DNA of 64,000 nucleotides, taken from the NCBI GenBank assembly GCA_964016885.1, contig OZ024742.1:89714001-89778000 (forward strand), written 5' to 3'. Below the pieces are notes generated by a model. That model saw only the letters and a program-made list of their open reading frames with translations, was not told where the DNA came from and made no database searches. The stretch comes from Eledone cirrhosa. Lineage: Eukaryota. The stretch's first letter is position 1; each line of letters starts with the position of its first letter. Shown here in pieces: positions 35,380 through 49,534 of the stretch. The position numbers were made by a program, and so were the translations under genes.

Positions 35380-37715
35380 CTCCCTATTGATGTGGCCCGC
35401 ACAATCTAACCATATGTTCGTAGTTCGGGCGCTGTGATCTTCCGATGCGGTGAAGTTTGAGCGAATTTCCGATCTCCGAACTACGCAGCCTATCCAGTCA
35501 TTAATCAAGATCCATGACCATAGGAAGGTTTAAGCACGAACACCGAATTGAAGATAGCAAGTGTAGCCTTTCACGTACCTCGTGTACCTTCTGATGACCA
35601 CGTCTAGAAGATGGCGCATTATTGCAACAGCTTGTGCAATTCTTCCATTAAATTCAGCCTCCAGTCATCTATCAATCGTGAAAATGGGTCCGAGATACTT
35701 GAACGAATCCACCTACTTCAGTGTAATTCCTTTCACATGCTTAACATACTACGCAGATTTATTCATTTCTGTCCGAGAGCAATCGACTGCAAGGCTATCC
35801 TGTGCATATTGGAGAGTAGCTTCCGGCGAGATATGTAACAGTAAGTGGACTGCAAATATCAGCTACTGATCCTACACTCACCGGTTTTGATATCACTTCC
35901 AGCCCAGCTGCACATGTCAATCATGTTCATAAAGATTATGAACATGTGAGGTGATAATACGCACGCTTAATAGAGTCCGACTTCCACATTGAATGGATTC
36001 GACTAATCTCCATTTATCAGAACACAAATAATAGGGCATTTGCATGAAATTCAAGGCAATACGCTGTTCTCAAATGAATACTCTTTTTAGAAACTTTAAT
36101 AACACATTCCGTGGAAGTCTAACCATTAACATTTCGAGGTCCATACATTTCTAGGCAACATTCCTACGATTCCTCGAAGACCTACTGCAGTATAAATATT
36201 TAGTCGGCTGGCTATGCTATGTCTGCGGTGAAAGCCTCACTGTTCGCCAGCTAATTTGAACTCAACAATACTCCTTTATCTATTTGCCAGCCATTTAGCA
36301 TAGACTTTACATGAGCAGCTTAACAAGGAGATTCCTCTTTAATTAGAGCAATCCCTTTTTTTATTTACCATTTTTGAAAATTGGAATTATCACTCCCGAC
36401 AGCAATACTTTGGTACCTATTAAGATATCCAGGATACCCCGAAGAAACGAGTCACTCAGAACACACCTTCTCTATTTAAGATTTTTAACATCTCGGACTG
36501 AATGTTATCGCCTCCAGAGGACATGCTACATTTAAGTTCTTTAATTGCTCTACTGACTTCAACCATCGTGATGCACCACATATACATCAGAAGATGCTTA
36601 GCGGGCCAAACTTAGAAGTTCAATAAACTATTCTCTCTAACTCGTGAGGGTACAGCTCTCTTCAGGGAGCAGAGCCCCATGAGAGTTCCTGATGGCAGAT
36701 GTGGAGGGGGATGTCTAAATATGAAGTCGGTGTATTGTCTGCCAGAATATTTCATTTAGTAATCTAAAGTCGGATTCCAACTTAACTCCAGGGTCTTCCT
36801 TAACCACTTAGCCTTGAATGCCTTTACTATCACTGTTCCGACCTTTCTTACCTGCTTGTACTCGGAGTGCAAGAAGGAAGATGTATTTCCAAGCCAAGCT
36901 TTGTCAGCCTTTTTCATTACCCGATTGGAACCTTTAAACATCTGATTGACCAAGAATTCTTCTAGCCACCTAGAACCAAACAGAGCCGTTTTCATCTGCA
37001 TAATGTAATAGCTGAAATGGACACAGGCGGGATGAACAGTCAGCACTCAGTTTCAAGTTCCTCAGTTTGTTCAGGGAGTTCTCTGGATTTGGATGCAATA
37101 TCACCCGCATACCTGGTTGACACCTCAACATCAGTCAGTCAGCGGTTCTTCCTTTCAACTGTAGGTTGTACTTGTCAATTTCTAGATTTCCTTGATTTAA
37201 TTATCCTGAGTTTGCAGATAACTAGATGGTGATTAATTGACAGCTTAGCTCATCAAACTTTTTAGCACTAACCTCCAGTGCAGAATCGAGGAGACCAAAG
37301 ACAATAAATATGGATTACTCACTTCTGTCTAGATTTCGCTTATATATATCGTTGTGCTAGAGAAGGGTTTTCATAATAGTGTTTAACATCGAAACAATAC
37401 TCAATTTTCAATATTTCAATTACTGCTTGTCAGCAAGTCTATATTTCACTGATGTTTTTATATATGTTTTGCACACATATACACAGTGCTTTACACGTTA
37501 TGTATGTGCATAGATGTCTACCTCAGTGTATATACGTGAACACGGTAGCTGTGTATATCTTTATGCACATGGAATCTTAGGCTTATTTCTGAACTCATAT
37601 CATGCCAAAGCGAGATCACAGATGTTCATGCAGATGATTAAGTTCAATTACTATATCTCAGATACTTCGGGTATGATTTCAATATAAAATAGCTGAATGA
37701 TGAGACAGGACACTA
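35380..37715 (-). mobile_element. Decayed RTE-like LINE, repeated in each tandem unit (about 42755-45090 and 50175-52510)
   Basis: Minus-strand remnants FIIFMNMID and VDSFKYLGPIFT...EFNGRIAQA; many stops. Confidence 0.7.
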
Positions 37716-37879
37716 ACCAAGCGTGACTGGGGGAATTGTGGCAACTGTTGATGCAAAGCAAGTAAAATTAATCGCTACGATAAAAAGGGTACGATCAATT
37801 AACATCGAAGTGGGTGAAGAAACATCTGCATGGCAAATATGTTGCCCGTAGCAAAAAGCTGATGTTGATTGTGTTGACT

Positions 37880-38290
37880 AGAGGTACCTATATCAAAGAC
37901 TGCACCCACCTAATGGCTAGAGGCACAGAGTGAGGGCTTCATCTTAGCTGCCCAAAATTAAGTTAAGTGTCGATTCTGAAATGATGCGATTTGTGGTCCA
38001 CTTAATCTCTGCATGTAAAGTTTTAGCATCAGTAGCATTTAAATCAAGGCATGATAAAGATTGCCAATATTTACACTGGTTAATATGTCGGAGTTATCAA
38101 ATCAAACCTGACAAGTAGAAAAAACATTGACTTGATGGTATAACTGAGGGAGAAAATGTAACGATTATTTGCGACTTTCCTGTACATACAGATAGGACAG
38201 TCAAGGCTAACAAACCGGATATTATTGTAAATAAACAACATAACGCAGTGTGTTTATTGATTGATATGAGCTTCCCATGTCTCATTGTAT
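37880..38290 (+). mobile_element. Old R4/Dong-like fragment (also about 45256-45666 and 52676-53086)
   Basis: TE*GL/ILAAQ, RHD, ICQYLHWLIC, DFPVHTDRTVKANKPDIIV...CLLIDMSFP. Confidence 0.7.
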
Positions 38291-38356
38291 ACATTGGTAA
38301 CCCAGTTAACACAACATATTGCTTAAATTTACAGCTTAAAATATATACACAAATAT

Positions 38357-38495
38357 TCAGATCTAGCTGTCGAAACGGCCGCAGCTCAGCCGTCGGGTCC
38401 TGACTCTTTTCTTATTACCCACTCTACTACCCTAAGTATTGAGTACTCTGGTGCGTTATGGTCCACCTGCTATCTTACCACACCTTATTTGTTCT
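38357..38495 (+). mobile_element. Family F tail fragment (also about 45733-45871 and 53153-53291)
   Basis: tagctgtcGAAACggccgcagctcagccGTCggg...tattacccactctactac matches 18555-18695. Confidence 0.8.
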
Positions 38496-38553
38496 TTATA
38501 CGCACACATACACACTAACACACACATATATATATATATATATATACACACAC

Positions 38554-38587
<34 letters not shown>

Positions 38588-38616
38588 ATATATATATATA
38601 TGTGTACACACACGTG

Positions 38617-38691
<75 letters not shown>

Positions 38692-38734
38692 ATAAATGTA
38701 AAATATATCACTATAGCATCATATTTATTTCATT

Positions 38735-38918
38735 GGATTGGCAGTATCGGCAGAGGGTCGGACGCCATGCTTTGACGCATAGAGTTACGGCCCTTTCCAT
38801 TCTGAGTTCAAAGCCCGCCGAGGTCAACTTTGCCTTTCATCCTTACGGGGTCGATAACATAAAGTACCGGTAATGTAATGGGTACTTGCTGGCCTTGTGC
38901 CAAAGATAGAAACAATTA
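38735..38918 (+). mobile_element. tRNA-derived SINE (also about 46189-46372 and 53601-53784)
   Basis: Box A TGGCAGTATCGG, box B GAGTTCAAAGCC, same core as 16005-16181. Confidence 0.85.
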
Positions 38919-40097
38919 TATATATTTCAAGGATACTAGTTTATAGTATGCTTTCATCAGATAAAATATAATATATGATGTATCAGATAGTGACATGCCC
39001 CCAAAATAGACCTCATACGGTCAAATTAAAATGCGCAGGTGATTTAAAATTTCAAAATTTCTTAGGATGTAAATTAATTGAGAGAGAGATTGCTTTGTAG
39101 AGCGTTCATTATGAACATAACTCTGCTGAAAACTTGTCAACAAAGCATATAACACGTTGTTTATATATATATATATAAGTAATAACACAACAGTTAGTTC
39201 ACCATACCGAGAAAAATGTTTCACCTTAGCGGATCTTCAGCTCGGACTATTCATGGTTAAACGGAACAGGAAGAACAGACGTATGAACGCGCATGCGCAG
39301 AAACGGTCATTACACCCAAGCGATACAAATCCACGGGCGAAAGTCCGGAAAAGATGTTCGAGTTGATTAGAAAATTAGAATGTTTTTGTTATTCAATCCG
39401 GAGCTTTGTAGTTATGCAAGATGTGTTTCCAGACATGTGGACAACGTGAGAATATTCCATTTTTGATATTAGGTTAGTGTTAGTGGGATGAGTGAGTGTG
39501 GAAAAAGGGTTTGGGTGGAGCGGGGAGAGAAGAGTGTGGGGGTCGATGGAGGGAGTGTGGTGTACTGGTGTGTGTGTAGTTTGATGAAGAGGGTGTTAGT
39601 GGGTGTTAGTATACGGGAGGTGGAGAAAGGGTTGAATGCAGGTGTGAGTGGGGGTTAGTGTTGGTAGGGTGTGTAGAGTTGGTGGTGTACGAGGGTGTGT
39701 GGGTACGTGTGCGTGGGGTTGGGGGTGTTAGTGATGTTAGTTGCGTGTGGGGTGGGTGGTGTAAGTGGGTGCGTGTGTTCGTGTGCTTGGGGTCAGGCGG
39801 TGTTAGTGATGTTAGTTGCGGGGTGGTGGGATGGATGTGTGGGGGTGAGGGTTAGTGGTGGTAGTAGGGTGTGTGTTTAGTGTGAGCGCGTGTATATATG
39901 TGCCGGTGGGTGTGTGCGTGTGATAAGGAGGGGGGAGGAGAAGAAGGGAGGGATGTTAGTATGTTAGTTGGGGAAGGGTGGTCGGATGAGAGGCGGAGTG
40001 GAGGTGTTAGTATTGTTATTTGTGGGGTGGGCGGTGAAAAGGAGGGGTGTGTTAGTGGGGGATATATGTGTGTGGGGGGGGGGGGGGGGGGCGAAGG

Positions 40098-41920
40098 CTA
40101 AAGGAATAAGGGTGGGGACTTCAGGCCGGGGGTAGTGTGGGTCTGTAAGATGAAGATGGTTCTTTGTTCAACTCTGAGGAGATTGGAGGGTGTCCCGTGG
40201 CATTGGAGTAGGCCACAGACTGTGAGATGGCGTGCGGAATGTCCAGAGGCACCAAAGTGGCGGGCGTTGGGGGAACTACCACCGAGACGAATATCCCGGA
40301 GGTGCTCAGTGAATAGGTCCGCCAGGCGACGTCCCGTCTGTCCGACATTAGTCGGGCAGCACTCCGTGCAGCGAACTCCGTAGACTAGGTTGGAGGAGGT
40401 GCAGTGGAAGGCATGCCGGACAGAGAGAGAGTGGCCGTTGGGACCCTGGAAGGTGGTGGTGTTGGTGATGTGGGGACAGGTGTTGCAGCGGGGCCTGGAA
40501 CAGTGAAAGGAACCGGGGGGGAAAGAGCGTGGGTTGAGGGTAGGGAGCTGTGGACGAGGAGGTTGGTGAGATTGCGTGCGCGTTTGAAGAAAAGGAGTGG
40601 TGGGGTTGGGAAGATGTGGGAGGTGGAGGGGTCGGACTGGAGGCGTCCGAAGAGGCGGCGGATGGTGCGGTGGAGGGGTAAGATGGAGGAGTGGTAGGTG
40701 ATGGGGAAGGGGAGACGGTGGGTGTGTGTGCGGTGGCGTGGGGTGAGGGTGGTGGAGCGGTGGACAGCACGGGCGCGGGGGGGGAGGTAACCTCTGCGGT
40801 TGAAATGGCTGACTAGGGAAAGGGCCTGGGACTCGAAGTCAGCATCTCGGCTACAGAGGCGGCGGATCCTGAGGAGTTGGGAGTAGGGAATAGAGTGTTT
40901 AGTGTGTTTGGGGTGGGAAGAGGTGAAGTCGAGGTAAGAGTGGGAGTCGGTGGGTTTGAAGAAGGCGGAGGTGACGAGGGAGTGGTGGGAGGGGTCGAAG
41001 GCGACGGAGATGTCTAAGAAGTGGACGTGGGTGGTGGAGATAGAGGTGGTGAAGTGGAGGGAAGGGTGGAAGGAGCAGAAGAAGGAGAGAAAGGAGTCGA
41101 GCTGTTCTCGAGTGAGGGTAGTGGCTCCGATACAGTCGTCAATGTAACGACCGTACAGTTCGGGCGTGGGGCCGGTGTACTGGGCAAAGATTTGGGCCTC
41201 AACATGGCCAACAAAAAGGTTGGCATAGTTCAGGCCCATTCTTGTACCCATGGCTACCCCCGTGACCTGTTGGTAAAACTCACCCGAGAAGGAGAAACAA
41301 TTGAGGGTGAGGACCAGCTCGGCGAGCCGAAGGAGGGTGGGGTGAAGGGAATGGGGGAGGGGCGAAGGTCGACGTAGTGTTTGAGGGCGCGTAGGCCGTC
41401 GGCGTGGGGGATGACGGTATAGAGGGACTTGATGTCTAGGGTGAAGAGGAAGGGCTGTGGGCCGGGTGGGTAGGTGAAGGAGTCGAAAAGTCGCAGGGCG
41501 TGGTTGGTGTCGGAGGTGTCGGAGGGGAGGGTGGTGACAAGGGGGGCGAGGATGGAGTCGAGAAAGGCGAAGATGAGTTCGGTGGGGCAGTTGCAAGCGG
41601 AGACGATGGGGCGGCCGGGGTTGTCGGGTTTGTGGAGTTTGGGGAGGAAGTAGATGGTGGGGGTGCGGGGGGTGCGGACGATGATGTGGCAAGCGGTGGG
41701 AGGGGGGAAGAGACAAGGTGTTGGATGGTTGAGGAAACTTGTTGTTGGTAGAGGGGTGTGGGATCGGATGGTAGAGGGCGGTAGAAGAGGGTGTTACAGA
41801 GCTGCCTGAGGGCCTCGGCCGTGTAGAGGTCCGCGCGCCACACCACCACGGAGCCTCCCTTGTCCGCCGGTTTGATGACGATGTCATCTCGGCTACGGAG
41901 GGAGCGGAGAGCGAGGAGTT
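40098..41920 (-). pseudogene. Penelope-like RT-GIY-YIG, copy 2 (frameshifted)
   Basis: Same motifs; the DKG region, the YIDD region and the endonuclease lie in different frames. Confidence 0.9.
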
Positions 41921-42044
41921 CGTACTCGCACCACCAACAACTCAAACGAAGACGGGTGAGTTGCATTACGTCGAGTTCTCTCCCTAATATTACATCAAGG
42001 TTGACTATACGGAATGACCAGTTCTACCCAGTGGTGGACCAACA

Positions 42045-42118
<74 letters not shown>

Positions 42119-45100
42119 AAAAGGTATGATCCTTTGTTATATATATATATAGGTAAGTTATTTATTTTGGAAAGCCAGATTCCTGATGATTTCTAAAGAA
42201 TGAAACAGTTCTAGTCCTGTAGAATCTCATATATATATATATATATATACGCGTGTCTGTGTATGCAATGTGTATGTTATATATGTATATATGTAGTTTT
42301 CCTATGTATTTATGTTCGATGTTATATATTTGTTTTGTTTTATCGTGTATAAATATAAATCTGCCTAAGTATTGCTGAATGATTTATGGGTATGTAAGTA
42401 ATAGAATGTTTGTGCCTATTCGGGATTAGATGTACGTCCCTTTTTTATTGTGTATTTCTCTTTGTTTTTATATTCTTCTCTGTGTTTGCGCTCGTTTGCG
42501 TTTCTTTGTATTTTCTTCCTTCGATTAATGGCTGTAAATGAATTCTCTATATTGATTTGTATAAGAAAAAATGTTTCTTCATCTTCTTCACTCATATATC
42601 CATGGTGACATCATGCAGGTAGTATCTTCAAACACTTTCCGGGGTCCAAAAAGTTGCAAACATTTTCACGTGATCCAGCTAGATTCCCATGTGAAACTAC
42701 GCGATCTCATGAATACTATCAAAACATCTTGCTTGAGGTCTACCTCTGGATCACCTCCCTATTGATGTGGCCCGCACAATCTAACCATATGTTCGTAGTT
42801 CGGGCGCTGTGATCTTCCGATGCGGTGAAGTTTGAGCGAATTTCCGATCTCCGAACTACGCAGCCTATCCAGTCATTAATCAAGATCCATGACCATAGGA
42901 AGGTTTAAGCACGAACACCGAATTGAAGATAGCAAGTGTAGCCTTTCACGTACCTCGTGTACCCTCTGATGACCACGTCTAGAAGATGGCGCATTATTGC
43001 AACAGCTTGTGCAATTCTTCCATTAAATTCAGCCTCCAGTCATCTATCAATCGTGAAAATGGGTCCGAGATACTTGAACGAATCCACCTACTTCAGTGTA
43101 ATTCCTTTCACATGCTTAACATACTACGCAGATTTATTCATTTCTGCCCGAGAGCAATCGACTGCAAGCCTATCCTGTGCACATTGGAGAGTAGCTTCCG
43201 ACGAGATATGTAACAGTAAGTGGACTGCAAATATCAGCCGACTGATCCTACACTCACCGGTTTTGATACCACTTCCAGCCCTTCTTCACATGTCAATCAT
43301 GTTCATAAAGATTATGAACATGTGAGGTGATAATACGCACGCTTAATAGAGTCCGACTTCCACATTGAATGGATTCGACTAATCTCCATTTATCAGAACA
43401 CAAATAATAGGGCATTTGCATGAAATTCAAGGCAATACGCTGTTCTCAAATGAATACTCTTTTTAGAAACTTTAACAACACATTCCGTGGAAGTCTAACC
43501 ATTAACATTTCGAGGTCCATACATTTCTAGGCAACATTCCTACGATTCCTCGAAGACCTACTGCAGTATAAATATTTAGTCGGCTGGCTATGCTATGTCT
43601 GCGGTGAAAGCCTCACTGTTCGCCAGCTAATTTGAACTCAACAATACTCCTTTATCTATTTGCCAGCCATTTAGCATAGACTTTACATGAGCAGCTTAAC
43701 AAGGAGATTCCTCTTTAATTAGAGCAATCCCTTTTTTTATTTACCATTTTTGAAAATTGGAATTATCACTCCCGACAGCAATACTTTGGTACCTATTAAG
43801 ATATCCAGGATACCCCGAAGAAACGAGTCACTCAGAACACACATTCTCTATTTAAGATTTTTAACATCTCGGACTGAATTTTATCGCCCCCAGAGGACAT
43901 GCTACATTTAAGTTCTTTAATTGCTCTACTGACTTCAACCATCGTGATGCACCACATATACATCAGAAGATGCTTAGCGGGCCAAACTTAGAAGTTCAAT
44001 AAACTATTCTCTCTAACTCGTGAGGGTACAGCTCTCTTCAGGGAGCAGAGCCCCATGCGAGTTCCTGATGGCAGATGTGGAGGGGGATGTGTAAATATGA
44101 AGTCGGTGTATTGTCTGCCAGAATATTTCATTTAGTAATCTAAAGTCGGATTCCAACTTAACTCCCGGGTGTTCCTTAACCACTTAGCCTTGAATGCCTT
44201 TACTATCACTGTTCCGACCTTTCTTACCTGCTTGTACTCGGAGTGCAAGAAGGAAGATTTATTTCCAAGCCAAGCTTTGTCAGCCTTTTTCATTACCCGA
44301 TTGGAACCTTTAAACATCTGATTGACCAAGAATTCTTCTAGCAACCTAGAACCAAACAGAGCCATTTTCATCTGCATAATGTAATAGCTGAAATGGACAC
44401 AGGCGGGATGAACAGTCAGCACTCAGTTTCAAGTTCCTCTGTTTGTTCAGGGAGTTCTCTGGATTTGGATGCAATATCACCCGCATACCTGGTTGACACC
44501 TCAACATCAGTCAGTCAGCGGTTCTTCCTTTCAACTGTAGGTTGTACTTGTCAATTTCTAGATTTCCTTGATTTAATTATCCTGAGTTTGCAGATAACTA
44601 GATGGTGATTAATTGACAGCTTAGCTCATCAAACTTTTTAGCACTAACCTCCAGTGCAGAATCGAGGAGACCAAAGACAATAAATATGGATTACTCACTT
44701 CTGTCTAGATTTCGCTTATATATATCGTTGTGCTAGAGAAGGGTTTTCATAATAGTGTTTAACATCGAAACAATACTCAATTTTCAATATTTCAATTACT
44801 GCTTGTCAGCAAGTCTATATTTCACTGATGTTTTTATATATGTTTTGCACACATATACACAGTGCTTTACACGTTATGTATGTGCATAGATGTCTACCTC
44901 AGTGTATATACGTGAACACGGTAGCTGTGTATATCTTTATGCACATGGAATCTTAGGCTTATTTCTGAACTCATATCATGCCAAAGCGAGATCACAGATG
45001 TTCATGCAGATGATTAAGTTCAATTGCTATATCTCAGATACTTCGGGTATGATTTCAATATAAAATAGCTGAATGATGAGACAGGACACTAACCAAGCGT

Positions 45101-45935
45101 GACTGGGGGAATTGTGGCAACTGTTGATGCAAAGCAAGTAAAATTAATCGCTACGATAAAAAGGGTACGATCAATTAACATCGAAGTGGGTGAAGAAACA
45201 TCTGCATGGCAAATATGTTGCCCGTAGCAAAAAGCTGATGTTGATTGTGTTGACTAGAGGTACCCATATCAAAGACTGCACCCACCTAATGGCTAGAGGC
45301 ACAGAGTGAGGGCTTCCTCTTAGCTGCCCAAAATTAAGTTAAGTGTCGATTCTGAAATGATGCGATTTGTGGTCCACTTAATCTCTGCATGTAAAGTTTT
45401 AGCATCAGTAGCATTTAAATCAAGGCATGACAAAGATTGCCAATATTTACACTGGTTAATATGTCGGAGTTATCAAATCAAACCTGACAAGTAGAAAAAG
45501 CATTGACTTGATGGTATAACTGAGGGAGAAAATGTAACGATTTTTTGCGACTTTCCTGTACATACAGATAGGACAGTCAAGGCTAACAAACCGGATATTA
45601 TTGTAAATAAACAACATAACGCAGTGTGTTTATTGATTGATATGAGCTTCCCATGTCTCATTGTATACATTGGTAACCCAGTTAACACAACATATTGCTT
45701 AAATTTACAGCTTAAAATATATACACAAATATTCAGATCTAGCTGTCGAAACGGCCGCAGCTCAGCCGTCGGGTCCTGACTCTTTTCTTATTACCCACTC
45801 TACTACCCTAAGTATTGAGTACTCTGGTGCGTTATGGTCCACCTGCTATCTTACCACACCTTATTTGTTCTTTATACGCACACATACACACTAACACACA
45901 CATATATATATATATATATATACATACACACACTA

Positions 45936-45995
<60 letters not shown>

Positions 45996-46049
45996 ATATA
46001 TATATATATGTGTACACACACGTGTATATATATATATATATGTGTGTGT

Positions 46050-46130
<81 letters not shown>

Positions 46131-47553
46131 CATATATATATAGTAATAAATGTAAAATATATCACTATAGCATCATATTTATTTCATTGGATTGGCAGTA
46201 TCGGTAGAGGGTCGGACGCCATGCTTTGACGCATAGAGTTACGGCCCTTTCGATTCTGAGTTCAAAGCCCGCCGAGGTCAACTTTGCCTTTCATCCTTAC
46301 GGGGTCGATAACATAAAGTACCGGTAATGTAATGGGTAATTGCTGGCCTTGTGCCAAAGATAGAAACAATTATATATATTTCAAGGATACTAGTTTATAG
46401 TATGCTTTCATCAGATAAAATATAATATATGATGTATCAGATAGTGACATGCCCCCAAAATAGACCTCATACGGTCAAATTAAAATGCGCAGGTGATTTA
46501 AAATTTCAAAATATCTTAGGATGTAAATTAATTGAGAGAGAGATTGCTTTGTAGAGCGTTCATTATGAACATAACTCTGCTGAAAACTTGTCAACAAAGC
46601 ATATAACTCGTTGTTTATATATATATATATATAAGTAATAACACAACAGTTAGTTCACCATACCGAGAAAAATGTTTCACCTTAGCGGATCTTCAGCTCG
46701 GACTATTCATGGTTAAACGGAACAGGAAGAACAGACGTATGAACGCGCATGCGCAGAAACGGTCATTACACCCAAGCGATACAAATCCACGGGCGAAAGT
46801 CCGGAAAAGATGTTCGAGTTGATTATAAAATTAGAATGTTTTTGTTATTCAATCCGGAGCATTGTAGTTATGCAAGATGTGTTTCCAGACATGTAGACAA
46901 CGTGAGAATATTCCATTTTTGATATTAGGTTAGTGTTAGTGGGATGAGTGAGTGTGGAGAAAGCGTTTGGGTGGAGCGGGGAGAGAAGAGTGTGGGGGTC
47001 GATGGAGGGAGTGTGGTGTACTGGTGTGTGTGTAGTTTGATGAAGAGGGTGTTAGTGGGTGTTAGTATACGGGGGGTGGAGAAAGGGTTGAATGCAGGTG
47101 TGAGTGGGGGTTAGTGTTGGTAGGGTGTGTAGAGTTGGTGGTGTACGAGGGTGTGTGGGTACGTGTGCGTGGGGTTGGGGGTGTTAGTGATGTTATTTGC
47201 GTGTGGGGTGGGTGGTGTAAGTGGGTGCGTGTGTTCGTGCGCTTGGGGTCAGGCGGTGTTAGTGATGTTAGTTGCGGGGTGGTGGGATGGATGTGTGGGG
47301 GTGAGGGTTAGTGGTGGTAGTAGGGTGTGTGTTTAGTGTGAGCGCGTGTATATATGTGCCGGTGGGTGTGTGCGTGTGATAAGGAGGGGGGGGGGAGAAG
47401 AAGGGAGGGATGTTAGTATGTTAGTTGGGGAAGGGTGGTCGGATGAGAGGCGGAGTGGAGGTGTTAGTATTGTTATTTGTGGGGTGGGCGGTGAAAAGGA
47501 GGGGTGTGTTAGTGGGGGATATATGTGTGTGTGGGGGGGGGGGGGGGCGAAGG

Positions 47554-49376
47554 CTAAAGGAATAAGGGTGGGGACTTCAGGCCGGGGGTAGTGTGGGTCT
47601 GTAAGATGAAGATGGTTCTTTGTTCAACTCTGAGGAGATTGGAGGGTGTCCCGTGGCATTGGAGTAGGCCACAGACTGTGAGATGGCGTGCGGAATGTCC
47701 AGAGGCACCAAAGTGGCGGGCGTTGGGGGAACTACCACCGAGACGAATATCCCGGAGGTGCTCAGTGAATAGGTCCGCCAGGCGACGTCCCGTCTGTCCG
47801 ACATAAGTCGGGCCGCACTCCGTGCAGCGAACTCCGTAGACTAGGTTGGAGGAGGTGCAGTGGAAGGCATGCCGGACAGAGAGAGAGTGGCCGTTGGGAC
47901 CCTGGAAGGTGGTGGTGTTGCTGATGTGGGGACAGGTGTTGCAGCGGGGCCTGGAACAGTGAAAGGAACCGGGGGGGAAAGAGCGTGGGTTGAGGGTAGG
48001 GAGCTGTGGACGAGCAGGTTGCGGAGATTGCATGCGCGTTTGAAGGAGAGGAGTGGTGGGGTTGGGAAGATGTGGGAGGTGGAGGGGTCGGACTGGAGGC
48101 GTCCGAAGAGGCGGCGGATGGTGCGGTGGAGGGGTAAGATGGAGGAGTGGTAGGTGATGAGGAAGGAGAGACGGTGGGTGTGTGTGCGGTGGCGTGGGGT
48201 GAGGGTGGTGGAGCGGTGGACAGCACGGGCGCGGGGGGGGAGGTAACCTCTGCGGATGAAATGGCTGACTAGGGAAAGGGCCTGGGACTCGAAGTCAGCA
48301 TCTCGGCTACAGAGGCGGCGGATCCTGAGGAGTTGGGAGTAGGGAATAGAGTGTTTAGTGTGTGTGGGGTGGGAAGAGGTGAAGTCGAGGTAAGAGTGGG
48401 AGTCGGTGGGTTTGAAGAAGGCGGAGGTGACGAGGGAGTGGTGGGAGGGGTCGAAGGCGACGGAGATGTCTAAGAAGTGGACGTGGGTGGTGGAGATAGA
48501 GGTGGTGAAGTGGAGGGAAGGGTGGAAGGAGCAGAAGAAGGAGAGAAAGGAGTCGAGCTGTTCTCGGGTGAGGGTAGTGGCTCCGATACAGTCGTCAATG
48601 TAACGACCGTACAGTTCGGGCGTGGGGCCGGTGTACTGGGCAAAGATTTGGGCCTCAACATGGCCAACAAAAAGGTTGGCATAGTTCAGGCCCATTCTTG
48701 TACCCATGGCTACCCCCGTGACCTGTTGGTAAAACTCACCCGAGAAGGAGAAACAATTGAGGGTGAGGACCAGCTCGGCGAGCCGAAGGAGGGTGGGGTG
48801 AAGGGAATGGGGGAGGGGCGAAGGTCGAGGTAGTGTTTGAGGGCGCGTAGGCCGTCGGCGTGGGGGATGACGGTATAGAGGGACTTGATGTCTAGGGTGA
48901 AGAGGAAGGGCTGTGGGCCGGGTGGGTAGGTGAAGGAGTCGAAAAGTAGCAGGGCGTGGTTGGTGTCGGAGGTGTCGGAGGGGAGGGTGGTGACAAGGGG
49001 GGCGAGGATGGAGTCGAGAAAGGCGAAGATGAGTTCGGTGGGGCAGTTGCAAGCGGAGACGATGGGGCGGCCGGGGTTGTCGGGTTTGTGGAGTTTGGGG
49101 AGGAAGTAGATGGTGGGGGTGCGGGGGGTGCGGACGATGACGTGGCAAGCGGTGGGAGGGGGGAAGAGACAAGGTGTTGGATGGTTGAGGAAACTTGTTG
49201 TTGGTAGAGGGGTGTGGGATCGGATGGTAGAGGGCGGTAGAAGAGGGTGTTACAGAGCTGCCTGAGGGCTTCGGCCGTGTAGAGGTCCGCGCGCCACACC
49301 ACCACGGAGCCTCCCTTGTCCGCCGGTTTGATGACGATGTCATCTCGGCTACGGAGGGAGCGGAGAGCGAGGAGTT
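47554..49376 (-). pseudogene. Penelope-like RT-GIY-YIG, copy 3 (frameshifted)
   Basis: Linker CSRPRCNTCPH and endonuclease CTSSNLVYGVRCTECGPTYVGQTGRRL..FTEH in ORF 47554-48033. Confidence 0.9.
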
Positions 49377-49500
49377 CGTACTCGCACCACCAATAACTCA
49401 AACGAAGACGGGTGAGTTGCATTACGTCGAGTTCTCTCCCTAATATTACATCAAGGTTGACTATACGGAATGACCAGTTCTACCCAGTGGTGAACCAACA

Positions 49501-49534
<34 letters not shown>

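Noticed and set aside
39284-39302. NRF1-type site GCGCATGCGC as a host promoter
   Set aside because: It is an isolated motif inside duplicated TE debris with no downstream gene structure.
40385-41887. 500-aa ORF (also 47841-49343) as an intact RT gene
   Set aside because: Only the middle is in the RT frame; the DKG and LDIKSLYT motifs and the GIY-YIG lie in other frames, so all three copies are frameshifted.
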